Positions 12,031 to 25,339 of a stretch of 64,000 nt of DNA are shown here, one piece after another. Positions within the stretch are counted from its first letter, which is position 1, and each line of letters begins with the position of its first letter. The position numbers and the translations under genes were made by a program. Origin of the DNA: Lama guanicoe (Eukaryota); the NCBI GenBank assembly GCA_013239625.1, contig MU056050.1, positions 552,504 through 616,503 of the forward strand, given 5' to 3'. Under the pieces are notes generated by a model that was given only the letters and a program-made list of their open reading frames with translations, had not been told where the DNA came from and did no database searches.

Positions 12031-12454
12031 GTATTTTTAGGCCATATTTCCCAAATTTATTTTTTTAGGGGAATATCCATAGATTTTAGTCTCATACAAT
12101 TGCACAATCCTATGAAAAGGAACGTGGAGCAAGCTTAGAGGTCAACATTGCTAGGATTATATGCTACTTCAAAAATTCTTGTTAAGCCACATTTCTGAGA
12201 GAGAACCGGACTGTCCTAGTACATATTTTTTTTACCACATTTGTGTCACTGGCCAGAGTGTCGACTGGCACCCCTTGGATCATGGGTCTAGCCTTGTTCC
12301 TTTCAGCCTGGGCTGGGGAACAGGAGGTGATGTCAGAGAGACCATGTAAGAGATCGGTCAAGCAGGAAGTGGTGAATCCTGGACATGGGTTCTGGCAGTG
12401 AGAATGGAAGAAAGAATGACTATAAAAGGTATTTCAAAGAAAATACTGGTAGGA

Positions 12455-12640
12455 ACAACAGGGACCCATTGTATGGCCCAGGGAACTATATTCAATATCT
12501 AGTAATAACTTGTAATGGGAAAGAATCTGAAAAAGAATAGATATATATGTACAAGTGAATCACTGTGCTGTACACTGGAAACTAACACAACATTGTAAGT
12601 CAACTATACTTCAACAAAAAATTGCTTGTTTAAAAAAAAT
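12455..12640 (+). mobile_element. Short 5'-truncated artiodactyl-type L1 3' end inserted in an L2 remnant
   Basis: cagggaactatattcaatatctagtaataacttgtaatgggaaagaatctgaaaaagaata...aaactaacacaacattgtaagtcaactatacttcaa plus A-rich tail. Confidence 0.9.
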
Positions 12641-13299
12641 TGATAGGAATCAGTATCTTACTGACTACAGGGTAGGAAGAGAGAGGGAAATTAAATCCCA
12701 CAATTTCAGGTCTGGGTGATTAGGAGAATGATAAGGTAAGGAGTAAGGGATCTGGAACTGGGAGTTAGTTTAGGGGGAGGGCAATGAGTTCTGTTTTTGT
12801 CATGTTGAGTAAGAGCCAACAGTGGACTCTAGTGGACAACTCCGCTGTGTCCTTTGCTCGGTGACATTGTATTATTTCCTCCATAACTTGGACACCCAGT
12901 TAGGGCAGAGTTCTGAGTGGCTCAGGTGACATAAGCCAGGGGCTAGAAGGCATGGGGAGAGCTTCTCTGAAAAGGTCTACTTTACTTATTTTCTCCTTCA
13001 CCCTTAAGTAGCTAAGTGGTCCCATGGAGCAATGCTTTTTCCAGGATGGCAAAAGGAAGGCAGGTGTGAGGAGGCCTATTCGATCCAGTGTAAAACTTGA
13101 TTCTGGTTTGGTTGCTGGTTTCAAAGTCTTCAGAAGAGAGGAAATGAACAGAGAGGTAATGAAATGAGGTGAAGAAATGGAGAAAGCCTTGCGCGAGTTA
13201 GAAGTAAGCTATATATTCATGGCTGTCCCAAACCCATTTTAAGAAAAGCCATTCAGAGGAACATGCCAAGGAGAGCACACACAAGCATTTGCTGGAGAC

Positions 13300-13870
13300 C
13301 CAGGTGGAACTAGCTGAAGTCAGTCAGCAAGGGTACCTGGTGGCTCACAGGCTTGGAGAAAACGCTGAACAGCCAGGCCGTGGGAAGGATGGGAACTAGG
13401 GCAGCTTCAGCACTGGCCTTCGGGCCTGAAAGCTGGAGACTCAAGTGCTGTCGGATTCTTCCTGGGCTTCTCTCGCTGTGTTGGCTCCATTCTCTTCGAC
13501 TGAAGACAGAATTCCGTTTGCGGTGGAGGACATGGCTGCGCTAGCTCTCAGCACACATCCTCACAGCTATTCGACCTGAGAAGAAGGGATCCTTCCTTGC
13601 CAGTACCTGTCCAGGAAAACTTGGGGAAGAGCTCTGATGGATTTGTCCTAAGTTACGTGCCTAATGCCAGACTAGTCCTTGTGGCTAGGAGTGTGGGACC
13701 CTGTCCACTGCCAGTTTCGCAGCCAACCAAACTCACTTCTCAGCCAATTACTCTGGCCAGGGATGTCAAATCATATGACGAGAATGGCAGCTACAGTTTG
13801 GGCCACATGCCTAGAGCTGGAGGGGAGGAGGAGTGGTTCACCAAAAGAAAGGAGGAGAGGCAGTGCTGAC
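13300..13870 (-). mobile_element. Old MaLR (MLT1K/L-like) LTR
   Basis: ggacatggctgc...ggggaagagctctgatggatttgtcctaagttacgtgcc...ccaattactctggccagggatg match recalled MLT1 motifs. Confidence 0.55.
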
Positions 13871-14029
13871 AGGGCCATTGGGGCATCTTTGTGAACCAGG
13901 TGGTCACTCCAGTTTGTGTTTTTGACTTGCACTTTACCATCCTGATGACGATGGAGCGTAGCTGTCAGGTAAGAAGGCTCACACAGAAACAGGAGGCGTT
14001 AAGGAAGCAATGTACATCTTTTCAGTCTC

Positions 14030-14447
14030 ATCACTTGCCTTTCCTTCCCTAGTGGTGGTCCCACCCCAGCACCACATGCTATGCTGCAGTTACACTGAAA
14101 TTATTTCAGTTTCTTAAAATCACTGTGTTCTTTCTGTTATTCCCTAAGCGTTACTTCATCTTTTGAGATTCATTTTGGGTGACACTTTCTTTGGGAAAAC
14201 TAGACCATCTGCCCCCATCTTCAAATCTGGGTTAGGTGCTCATTTTATGGGACCTCATTGCACCTGCACTACCTCCTGGGCTTTGTAATTGCTGTGTTCT
14301 TTGTCTCTCTCTCCCCTAGAATGTAAGCTCCGTGCGGGTGAGGCTTTCTTTCTCAATGACTCCTCTATCTCTACTGTCTAGCGATGTGCCAGATGTGTTG
14401 TTGCTGCTCGGTGAACATTTGCTGAATAAAATAATGAATGAATGACA
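14030..14447 (+). mobile_element. L2 LINE 3' fragment
   Basis: ctagaatgtaagctccgtgcgggtgagg...acatttgctgaataaaataatgaatgaatga. Confidence 0.85.
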
Positions 14448-15004
14448 GTTTCCAGGCTCAAGTGGCAGGGCCCTGGGCCCTGAAGAGATCCCAGAACATT
14501 CCAGAAACAACTAAGAAAGAGAGTGGCCTTTTGCAGATTTTTTTTTCAGAATTAAAGAAGAGAAAGGAAAGAAAAAAGAAAGCGTTTAGGTAAATGGATT
14601 TTTTTTATAGCATTTCAATAAAGGCAGAGGTACTTCCTTTGTCCTTAGGAGTTTCTACTTTTCATTTTTGCTTTCACTAAGTAATGAGTTGCTTATAATT
14701 AAAAGTAAGGCTTAAATAAAATATTTTTCTTTTCTTTTCTTGCTGTGTTAACAATAATAGATTTTCCTGATAAAACAATTACATCAGTATTAGGAAGTGA
14801 ACCTGCAGGTGAATTGTGTTATAACCCTTCTTCACTTAATTTTCCACATCTGAAGAAAGCTCACGTGTTGGGTCTGGGTTAGCTTAGGGACCAGTTTTGA
14901 TTTAGTGGCACTTGACTGATGTGTCCAAGATAACAGTATACTGAAGTGCAGTCCACAGACTGTCTGCACCAGGGGTCGGGAGAAGCTGAGTGTCATGCTG
15001 ATAC

Positions 15005-15117
15005 CAGTGCCACGTGGACACTGACTCTGAGGCTCCGGGGATGGGGCCCAGTAATCTGTGTGCAGCAAGTCCTCCAAGTGAGTCTGAGGCGGGCTCAAGT
15101 TTGAGGACACTGGACTA
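15005..15117. mobile_element. MER5-family hAT MITE fragment
   Basis: ggggatggggcccagtaatctgtgtgcagcaagtcctccaagtgagtctga...aagtttgaggacactg. Confidence 0.7.
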
Positions 15118-15956
15118 GAAGGAGTGAAACAGTTGCCAGGGCAACCATTTTGCCCCTTTACCAAATTAAGAGACAGAATTATCAGATAAGAGCCCTCTGA
15201 TTATAGTGTTCATGGTTCTGTTGGGATGCTAATAGCCTGATACAAATGTTGGCGGGTGACAAGCGTTTGCTATTTATTTGCTTGCAGGGTGCTGCCAACG
15301 CCAGTGCACTTGCAGGTCTGGCTTTCTCTGTAGTCTAGGTCAGCCCCTCATGGGGTTCGTTCAGTTCTGCAAAAGTAAGATATGGCACTGGATGCCGGGC
15401 AGAGGTGAGACTACCTATGTCAAGGGTCGTGTCTAAATGTGCAAAAGAATTTGAAAAGAAAAGATTAATTCTTCACCTCCCCTAAAATGGGTAGGAAACC
15501 CCCTGATTGTTCAGCTGACTTTAAACATTCTTTAGAAAGCTAGGTGACATGTATAGACAAGAGGCATTGTTTCCAGAAAAGCTCCATGACTAGGCCCATT
15601 CCAAGCTGAGAAACTATTGTAGAAAAGAAACATAAGTCATTACTCTAGAAGGTGCCTTTTGACAAGAAACCTCTTAGCTCCTTCTTGATCCCTGAATTTC
15701 CATTTGTGTGTTTGATTTTTTTAACTGAAATATTTCAGTTTTCATTTCAAGTCTGGTACAGTGGTAGCTGGCATTTTAAATTCAGTTAGGGAAAGATCAC
15801 ATAGCACTTTGTCAAGCTCTCTAATGAGACTCTTTGAAGCATTCTGGGGATCTCCCACGATCTCTCAGGATTAAGGACAAGTGATAGGTAGAAACAGTAG
15901 GACATTCTAATAAATGTTAATAATAAAATAGCCCTGTACTGTGCATCTCTGTGAAG

Positions 15957-16200
15957 CACTGTTTCTTAAACAATGTTCCGTCAGGTGTTCTACAAATTGG
16001 AAACTGGTTCTGCTAACACAAAGTGTCCTGTTGTTAGACAAGCTTGTGATGCTGCATACTATAGGGCCCTTTGAGAGGTTCATGATTCATGCTAAGGCTC
16101 TGATAAGTCCTACCATAAGGTCATCTGTTTAACTTTGTGAATTCGAAATCTGCTTTTTCCCCGCAACATATTTAGCCTCCTTCAGTTGACCAGCTTCTTC
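15957..16200. mobile_element. Possible ancient hAT-Charlie (MER112/113-like) remnant; a related piece lies at ~2122-2275
   Basis: cactgtttcttaaacaatgttcc start and aaggctctgataagtcctaccataagg...tgtttaactttgtg; recalled similarity only. Confidence 0.4.
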
Positions 16201-16582
16201 AAATGGAAACAAAATGTGCTAGAGGATCAACTAACCCAGAAATGTTTACTGAGCTCAAGGTTTCACTTCAGACATTCAGTCAAGAGGCAGTGGCTGACCA
16301 GGGCATCTCCCCCTCCTTACGAGGTTTATGAGCCTGGATGCTGTCACTACAGAATCTTCCTTAGCCATTAGGGCCGGCTTGAAAGTTATCACATTACACT
16401 CAGACATGGCCTTGATTTCCAAAGCATCCTTATAGTAAATAACACCTAGCTTTGGTAGAACTTTAAAAAAAATTATTACATATACTCCTATCAACATTTA
16501 TTTGAGAAAGGTATTATCATTCCATTTCTAGAGGCCTAAAGAGCTTAAGTATCTGCCCAAGCATGGTAGATATGACGGATGG

Positions 16583-16853
16583 GATTACCCTCCAGAATAT
16601 GGGTGGGCCTCATCCAGTCGGTTGAAAGCTTTAAGAGCAAAAATTGAGGTTTCCTGGAGAGGAAGAAATTCTATCTCAAGACTATAATATAAAAATTCTG
16701 CCTGAGGTTACAGCCTGCTGGCCTGCCCTGTAAATTTTGGACATGCCAGCTTCCACAGCCACAGGAGCCAATTCCTTAAAATAAGTCTCTTCATGTACAT
16801 ATACGTATATATCCTGTTGGTTCTGTTTCTTTGGCGAACCCTTAAACTGATAC
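16583..16853 (+). mobile_element. MLT2 (ERVL) LTR, 3' part
   Basis: gattaccctccagaatatgggtgggcctcatccagtcggttgaa...agccaattccttaaaataagtctc...tcctgttggttctgtttctttggcgaaccct...gataca. Confidence 0.9.
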
Positions 16854-17247
16854 AACATCTAAATTCAAGCTGCTGTCATGCGGTCAGTTTGTATCATTAA
16901 ACTTTATGTCTGAGGCGTAGAGGCTACAGCTATTGTAGGGAATAGTCTAGTGATGAGAGAAAATTTCCTTATGACATGAGTTTTGTTTGGAAAGGCCTAT
17001 ATTCCCCTTAAATGGGATTTTCCCAGGAATCCCTACCAAACACCACTTCACTTTCACATCCTTATTTGGGAAAGACAAAACAATGGTTAGTCAGATAGAG
17101 TTTTCCTGCCCCAATTCAGGAGAAAATGTTCCCGAATTCCCAGAGGGGACTGAGAGGGCAGCTTGCTCTACCCTCATTGTATGTGGAGTGCTTTTTACTA
17201 TATTTCAAAGTACTTTCACAGATGTTATCTTGAACCTTTGATGTAGG

Positions 17248-17905
17248 TGTGGCAGAGGATGCTATTTGCTTTCTAATACCAGGTTCCACTTTCTTTCCTA
17301 GTAAAACCCCTCGATATTTTGCTGAGTTAATTGCTACCCAATAGAAAGACTCCTCCTCATCCCGGGAGCTAGGTGAGGCTAGCTTGTTTTGAAATTAGGC
17401 TATACAGGGATCAAATCTCTGCTTCATCCCTTACTAGCTGCTAGTTTTTCTGTGCCTCACTTTTCTGCATCTATAAAATGATATGGTAATAGTACCTACT
17501 GTATTTAGTTTCTGTGATGAATAAATGAGTTTATATTTGTAAAACCTTTAGAACAGTACCTAGCGCAATAGTAAACACTCTGGAAGTACGAGCTATTATT
17601 TTTATTGTTATTTTCGCCAACAAGACATAAGTGGTAGTGTTATGTGAGATCTCCAGGGAGTGTTGCTCCTTTCAACTTCCTCACATCTGAAATGTGGGTG
17701 GAGCTTGAGCAGTCATCTTGGAACAGGAGGCAACTAAGAATCGTGGAATTGCAAGATAGAGCCTGGGCCCTGATGGCTGTGGAAGTAACCCAACAGTCCT
17801 GGACTGCCTATCTCCCGACTTCTCTTCATGAAAGAGATGCTTCTATCTTGTTTAAGACACTGATCTTATTTTTTGTTGTTACATGCAGCCAAACTTAATA
17901 CTGAG
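17248..17905 (+). mobile_element. MaLR (MLT1J-like) LTR, with a MIR at ~17395-17610 between its two halves
   Basis: Starts tgtggcagag; ends tcttgtttaagacactg...tgttacatgcagccaaacttaatact; internal MIR cttactagctg...ctgtgcctcacttttctgcatctataaaatg. Confidence 0.65.
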
Positions 17906-19144
17906 TCAGTAAGTGTGACTTTTTACTGTTGAGAGATTATCTCTCAACTGTAACCCAGTAAAGTTACCCAGTAAGTGTCAGAATGTTGGACTGAGGGGAA
18001 AACAGTGGTCAAATAACCCTTATATAGTCCAGCTTGGGACCTGGGATGAGGGAAATTGGCCAGGCTGACATCTGGAGGAAGGTGTCCCTTTTTCTCCCAG
18101 TCCTGTCCTCACCTTCTTCCCCGAACCCAAGCAGAGCTGCTGGGTCATTAGCTACCTTTCCCTTCTGTGTGGAAGTCATAAGAAGACTGGGACCACATTG
18201 ACAATTGTATTTAAGAGGCAGATAGGGCCTTTTGTTTTCCAAGGCAGAATTATTTTCTAGACTCATTGAAACATTATTTTGATTTCTATCTTTCTTCCTG
18301 GAATCTTTCTTTCCCATTTCCCACTGTACATTGACTCTGATTGACTCTGTTAGGTCCACCTCAAAACCCATGTCCTTCAGACAACCGTCTCTGATTATTC
18401 CAGCTCTTTTAAACAGCTTATTCTGTGGTTCTAGTGGGGAGATCCAACTTCTTGCTGCTTCCTGATGGAAGGAAACATGAGCCTGCCTTGTCTGGGGAGG
18501 TTTAAAAGCAATGCCCATGAAGCAATGAGGGAAGAAGGGGGTCTCTTCTATGCAGCCAAATTAGCTGAATGAAAGAAACATGGTGATCAGTGGAGTGATG
18601 TGACACAGACTTCCCATCTTACCTGCCCTTTGAACCCACACACTTCTTTATGTTATCCAGGTGTCAACTCAAGGTTTGGGTTGATGGACATCGAAAGAAG
18701 CTGCTCCTGGATTTCTCACCCTCCCAAATGGTGTGAAATAAAAATGTTTGTTGCCCTCAGATGCTAAACCTTGGGGTAATTTTTTATCCAGTGATAGATA
18801 ACAAATATACGATTGAATTAAAAAAAAGATTTGGGTTGATGGAGAAGTATTATATAGCCATGTTAACCAAGAACAATTTGGCTTTCCACTTCTTATTGCC
18901 TGGGGCCTCCCTCCACATGTCCTTAGTGTCTTTTATGTTTAGTAATCTATCTTATCCAGAGTTCCTTACTTTTAGTAGCTCAAAAGAACTGGCAAAGGCT
19001 AGGAAATGTATTCTTTCCTGTTCCAACTGGTCTCTGAAAGAGGAAGGGAACATATCCTTACTGGTGTGAAATATGCCTCATTCTTTAGAATGCAGAAACA
19101 GAAAAAATAGGTTTAAAAAGATATCTCTTAAAATCACTGTTATA

Positions 19145-19382
19145 CTAATAATTGCCATTTATTGGGTGCTGTGGAAAACACCATGTGACATCCGTTATAT
19201 ACGTTATTTCATTTTATCATCACAACACCGTGGGTAGGTATTATTACTGTACCTATTTTGCAGATAAGGAGAGAAGTTCAGGAAGGTTAAGTAGCTTGTC
19301 CAAGTCACACAGCTGTTATTTGAACTCAGGTCAGTCTGACTCCAAATACCATGAATTCAACCATATGGTGCACTGCCTCTCA
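19145..19382 (-). mobile_element. MIR SINE
   Basis: ctattttgcagataaggagagaagttcaggaaggttaagtagcttgtccaagtcacacagct. Confidence 0.88.
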
Positions 19383-19429
19383 TCAGTACTCCTTACTTAA
19401 TCTGCATGATTTAATTAATCATCTGGCAG

Positions 19430-19612
19430 TGTGACATCATGGAAATAATGGCTCTGGCATCAGACCTGAGTTTGAGTCTGACCTTGCTCTCTTGCTCATG
19501 GTTTGTCCTTGGGCACAGCTACATCATTTAAATGAGAGGGTGAATGAATGAATGAATAATATGGTGAGGATTAGATGTGAACATGCCCAGCACATTAGCA
19601 GATACTAGAGGA
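19430..19612 (+). mobile_element. MIR SINE (internally deleted)
   Basis: ggctctggcatcagacctgagtttgagtctgacc...gtgaggattagatgtgaacatgcccagcaca. Confidence 0.65.
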
Positions 19613-19794
19613 AAGTTTTCTCCATCTCTCACGTGATTAGCCTGTATTTTACCAATGAGACTCCAAATACCTTCAGGACAGGGGCCATGTCTTTGGTGTC
19701 TTGTATAGCCTCAGTGTCATATACTGACATCATATACTCAGTGTCACATACTAAGCACATTATAGGAAGGAAATCAATATTTTTTGTATGAATA

Positions 19795-21873
19795 CTTTTT
19801 GTAATACTTTTAAAGTTGGGTGATAATTTATATACAACATTATATTAGTTTCAGGTGTACAATACTGTGATTTGATATTTTTATACATTATGAAATGATC
19901 ATCTCAATGAAACTAGTTACAATCCATCATCATACGAAGTTGTTACAATATTATTAACTACATTCCCTATATGTACATTATATCCCTGTGACTTAATTAT
20001 TTTATAACTGGAAGTTTGTACCTCTTAATCTTCACCTATTTCATCCTCTCCTCCCCTCTGGCAACCATCAGTTTGTTCTCTATATTTATGAGTCTGTTTC
20101 TAGTTTGTTTTATTTGTTCACTTATTTTGTTTTCTAAGTTCCATGTATAAGTGAAATCATATGATATTTTTCTTTCTCTGACTTATTTCACTTAGTATAA
20201 TACCCTCCAGTTCCATCCATGTTGCTGCAAATTCCATTGTACATATGTCACATCTTTTTTATCCATTCACCTGTTGGTGGACATTTAGGTTGATTCCATA
20301 TCTTGGCTATTGTAAACAGTGCTGCAATGAACATAGGGGTACATATATATTTTTTAATTAGTGTTTTTGTTTTCTGCAGGTAAATACCCAGAAGTGAAAT
20401 TGCTGGATCATACAGTAGTTCTACTTTCAGTTTTTAAGGAACCTCCATACTGTTTACTATAGTGGCTACACCAATTTACATCCCTACCAGCGGTGCTTGA
20501 GGGTTCCCTTTTTTCTACATCCTCGCCAACACTTGTTATTTGTTGCCTTTTTGATAATAGCCATTCTGATAGGTGTGAGGTGGCATCTCATTATTGTTCT
20601 GATTTGTATTTCCTTGGTGATTAGCAATGTTGAACACCTTTTCAATGTGCCTGTTGGCCATCTGTATGTCATCTTTGGAAAAATGTCTGTTTGGGTTCTC
20701 TGCCCATTTTTAAAATTAGGTTGTTTGTTTTTTGATTTTGAGTTGTATGAGTTCTTTATATATTTTGGATATCAACCCCTCATCGGATATATCTTTAACA
20801 AATATATTCTCCCATTCAGTAGGTTGCCTTTCCATTTTGTTGATGGTTTCCTTCTCTGTGCAAAACCTATTTTTGTTTTTGTTGCCCTTGCCTGAGGAGA
20901 AAGATTCAAAGAAATATTGCTGAGCCTGATGTCAGTGAGTAGACTGCCTATAGTTTTCTTCTAGAAGTTTCATGGTTTCAGGTCTTACATTTAAATCTTT
21001 AATGCATTTTGAGTTTATTTTTGAGTTTATTTTTGTGTATGGTTTAAAAATGTGGTCCAGTTTCATTCTTTTGCATGTAACTGTCCACTTTTCCCAGCAC
21101 CATTTATTGAAGAGAATACCTTTTCCCTGTCATAGATTCTTGCTTCCTTTGTCATAGATTAATTGACCATGTGAGTGTGGGTTTATTTCTGGGCTCTCTA
21201 TTCTGTTCCATTACATATCTGTTTTTTTTTTTTTGCCAGTACCATACTTCTTTAATTACTATAGCCTTGTAGTGTAGTTTCAAGTCTGGGAGCATGATAC
21301 CTCCAGTTTTGTTCTTCTTTCTGAATATTATTTTTGTGGTTCCATACAAAACTGAGGATCATTTGTTCTAGTTCTATGAAAATTGCCATTGGTATTTTGA
21401 TAGGGATTGCATTGAATCTGTCGATTGCTTTGGATAGTACAAACATTTTACTGATGTTGATTCTTCCAATCTATGAGCATGATATCTTTCCATTTATTTG
21501 TGTTCTCTTCAATTTCTTCTTTTACCTCCTTGGTTAAATTTATTCTGAGATATTTTATTCTTTTTGATGCAGTTGTAAATGGGATTGTTTTCTTCATTTC
21601 TCTTTCTGATAGTTTGTTATTAGGGTATAGAAATACAACCAATTTCTGTACATTATATTGTATCCTGCTACTTTACTGAATTCACTTATTGATTCTAATA
21701 GTTTTTTTTGATGGATTCTTTGAGGTTTTCTATATATACTATCATGTCATCTGCAAATAGTGACAGTTTTACTTTCCAATTTGAATGGCTTATATTTGTT
21801 TTTCTTGACTAACTACTGTGACTAGGACTTCTATATTGAATAAAAATGGTGAGAGTGGGCATCCTTGTCTTAT
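19795..21873 (-). mobile_element. 5'-truncated L1: 3' UTR and last part of ORF2, frameshifted
   Basis: ORFs 20484-20672(-) [25 protein letters not shown] (ORF2p cysteine-rich end), 21252-21446(-) [15 protein letters not shown] and 21448-21642(-) IPFTTASKRIKYLRINLTKEVK; degenerate flanking repeat aatattttttgtatgaa/aatattttttaatgaa. Confidence 0.96.
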
Positions 21874-22399
21874 AATATTTTTTAATGAAGTCCTTTGTAT
21901 TAAAATTTGCTAAATTTTAATATTTTAAATATTAAATGCTAAATATTTTAAGAGGTTTTTCTCCATTTTAGAAGCAAATACTTAACTGGAAAGTACTGCC
22001 TTGGTCATCTTCCTTTGTAGTGTGTGACTATAGTGTAAACTTGTTTCTAAATGCTTTAGCAATTTTTTTCCTAACTTATAACGTGGGAGATGAGTAACTA
22101 TTGTTGAAAGCATCTCCATCTAGCTTACAATTTTCATATCCTTTCCCAAAATGAGAATTCATTTTTGATTTGAGAATACCTTTGGAAATCCTTGGATGAT
22201 CCATTTTTTTATGGCTATCATTAGGGCATTAAAAACAGTTCACTCAGATGACTAGTCAAGTTAAAAAAAATTAACCATACTATTTGTTTGAGTGAATTGT
22301 CTCTTTCACTAGGTTAATTGACAGAATTTTAAGTCAAAGAGCCTGGGGGCATACATCTTGATTTTTTTTTTGTCTTATATTTAAACCAGTATATGAGAC

Positions 22400-22664
22400 C
22401 TTTAAAGAGAGGTTAAGAGACGTGGAGGGTAGATTTAAAAGGTCCAAATTATGTCTACAGTGCATTCCAAAAGGAAGAATTAGAGAGAATGGGGGAGGAG
22501 GGCAATTTTAAAAGAGAATGATTGAGAATTTTCCATAATTGATGAATGACGTGAGTCTTTAGATTCAGGAGGTGTGGATCCTGAGAGGAATGAATGAAAA
22601 GAAATCTGCTTTCTAGACATACTATGGTGAAATTGCAGAACACCAAAGACAAAGAAAAGCTCTT
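22400..22664 (+). mobile_element. Old L1 ORF1-region remnant
   Basis: gagaatttttccataattgatgaatgac...ctagacatactatggtgaaattgcagaacaccaaagacaaagaaaagctcttaa (RHTMVKLQNTKDKEKLL, ORF1p-like). Confidence 0.8.
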
Positions 22665-22681
22665 AAGATTAACTTGCTCAA

Positions 22682-22987
22682 AACAGAAACAGACTCACAG
22701 ACATAGTAAACAAACTTATGGTTACTGGGGGGAAAAGAGGTGGGGAGAGATAAATTGGGAGTTCGGGATTTGCAGATACTGACCACTGTATATAAACTAG
22801 ATAAACAACAAGTTTCTTCGGTATAGCACAGGGAACTATTCTCAAAATCTTGTAATAACCTATAATGAAAAAGAATAGGAAAATGAATATATATATGTAC
22901 ATATATGACTGAACTATTATGCTGTCCACCAGAAATTGACACAACATTGTAAACTGACTATACTTCCACTAAAAAATTAAAAAAGAA
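22682..22987 (+). mobile_element. Young camelid/artiodactyl L1 3' end with perfect 17-bp TSD
   Basis: TSD aagattaacttgctcaa at 22665-22681 and 22988-23004; acagactcacagacatagtaaacaaacttatggttac...A-rich tail. Confidence 0.95.
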
Positions 22988-23319
22988 AAGATTAACTTGC
23001 TCAAGATCATAGAGCTAGTAAGTGGTAAAATCAGTATTCAAACCCAGTGTTTTCAATCGCTACCACCGGATCATTTAGTTATGAGCTCTCATTTACAGAT
23101 GAGGTAATTGAGGCCAGGAGATGGCAGAGATTTGCTGTAAGAGTTTAATAGTAGTAGGTCTTGAAATTACACTGGTCTTTACCTCAGATTTAGGAGAATC
23201 TTCACTGTAAATGATAAGAGGAGCCATGCTGTTCCTTATAAGCAATAAATCATGAATTTCAAGCTGTTGTTTTGAATATGAACAACAGACACTAAGAACA
23301 TAGTTAACAAGGACATCTG

Positions 23320-23565
23320 ACAGTTACATAGTGCTTACCACATGACAGACATTGTTCTAAGTTTTTAACATACGTTAGCCCATTTATTTCTCATACCAAC
23401 TCAAGGAGTCAAGTACTGATTTTATCACAATTTTTCAAATGAGAAAGCTAAGGCTCACAGAGAGGAGAAGTGATTTGTCAAGATCCCAAAACTAGTAAGT
23501 GGAAGAGTCAGGATTTACACACTAGGTAGTCTGGCTGCAGAGTCATAACCTCTACGCAGTATAGC
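23320..23565 (-). mobile_element. MIR SINE
   Basis: ttacatagtgcttaccacatgacagacattgttctaag...aagtgatttgtcaagatcccaaaactagtaagtggaagagtcaggattt. Confidence 0.85.
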
Positions 23566-23599
23566 TCAACAAAATAAAGAAACGAAAAATAAGTCAGCA

Positions 23600-23706
23600 A
23601 CTGTGACTCTTGTTCACTGGTATCCCTAGCACCCAGCATAATGCCTGGCACATAATAGATACTAAATATTCATTACATTAATAAAGGAATAAATAAGTGA
23701 ATAAAC
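23600..23706 (+). mobile_element. L2 3' terminus
   Basis: cttgttcactggtatccctagcacccagcataatgcctggcacataatagatactaaatatt. Confidence 0.85.
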
Positions 23707-25339
23707 ATTGGTCTGCCATGCATATCCAGTGTGTCTGTATGGACTGAACTGTCTCATACCGGCTAGCTAATTAGTAATAGTGAGGTTTCTTGAGAACAGG
23801 ACCAGTTTTTTTCTCATGACGCCAAGCACTCTGGCAATTATAGTTGTGCCTTAATACCCTTTGCTCATAACATCAGCTTTGCCCTGTGTGGTGATCTGCT
23901 AAAGTGGATCTCCTGGTTCTGAGTCCCAGCTCTAAATTGTAGCTGAACCCTAGATGCCACCTGCTGTTTTGTGATTGTTTGGGCCCAGAGGCAATGGTAC
24001 CTTGGGTGGAGAGAATCCCAATTATGATTTTAAAAATCTGTGTGATTATCCATACAGACATGGATTTGTAACACAAAAGGCAACAAGAAGCAGCTGGAAA
24101 CTTTCCATATCCTGCATGTTCTCTGGGGGACTGCCTGATCATGTGATCACAGAGCATACGGATTCTTAGCAGAACGAAATAATCAACATGCTTATAACAT
24201 AAAAGCATCTGAGAGGCAATGAGAAGCCATCTGTCTCTTAGCTCTGAGACCAAACTCAGGGCTAGTATTAGGCCTCTTGTGTGTTACAGCTCTATTTTAC
24301 TCTTAATTCAAACCAGATTCCTATTAAAACAGACTCCTAAAAACCCTAACAGCCTAAGTGGGTAATCACTCTCTTAAAAAATGCAATCTCTCTGCCTTCA
24401 CTCTGGGTCTCTTATGTGGCATTAAACAATTTTTAAAGTTTTAAGAGAGTAAGTTTCCACTTAAAAGATGTCAGAGACAGCCTTCTCTGTCTTATGCCTC
24501 AGAATACAGAGCTACATCTACAATTTAGTCGTTGGAAATCTCAAGTTGATAATGAGACTTAGTAGAACTAACGTACTGTACTGTTCACTATTTAATATAA
24601 TTATACCTACTCCAGACCCCTAGTTTGAGCACTTTCCTTGAAGTGACGGGTCTTTTTAGTAAAGTAATCAGTAAAAGGCTAATTTAATAATGCAGCTGGC
24701 TTTGTTAATTTCTTCCTACCCTGGACAAACTATTTTTTTTTCAAATTATTTGCCCCAACCAGTTGTTTTGGCATTCTGCGTTGAATTGTGTCTTCAATAA
24801 AACCTGTCTATGAGTTGGTCAAACCAGTACAAACAGTTGAATGATTACAGGCATGACCCTGTGCAAACACTGGCATTCTGTTCTCTCTTGATCAGAAATA
24901 GAAGGATTTGACCATTCAATCATGATAAAAAAAATGCATAATGAAAGTATAAATTATTAACAGAAATGTTGTCAACACATACCATTTCCCTCACTCAAAT
25001 GTGACTATTTGTCAAGGGTATAGTTACCTAAGAAATCAATGTTGTGGGAGGCAAATTGGTAATAATATACTCATCTTTTTCTGAACTAGAAGACTTCAAC
25101 TAGATTTGGGCATGATTAGTAAATGCTCCTTCTGCTCTGAATAAACCCTCTAATTTACATCCATCACCATATATTTCCTAAGACAAGAGCTAGTGATCTT
25201 TTGATTTCATGAAATATTCTCATTCATACTTGTCATTAACTGAATAGAGCTGGATCTATTCTCTTTTTCCCAGATTTCTCTTACCAGAAGATGATTATTC
25301 TGTTTTCTTAGGTATATAACTGAAATATGGATAAATCAA

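Noticed and set aside
18009..18518. 169-aa minus-strand ORF
   Set aside because: No recognisable motif or exon structure; within chance expectation for 64 kb in six frames
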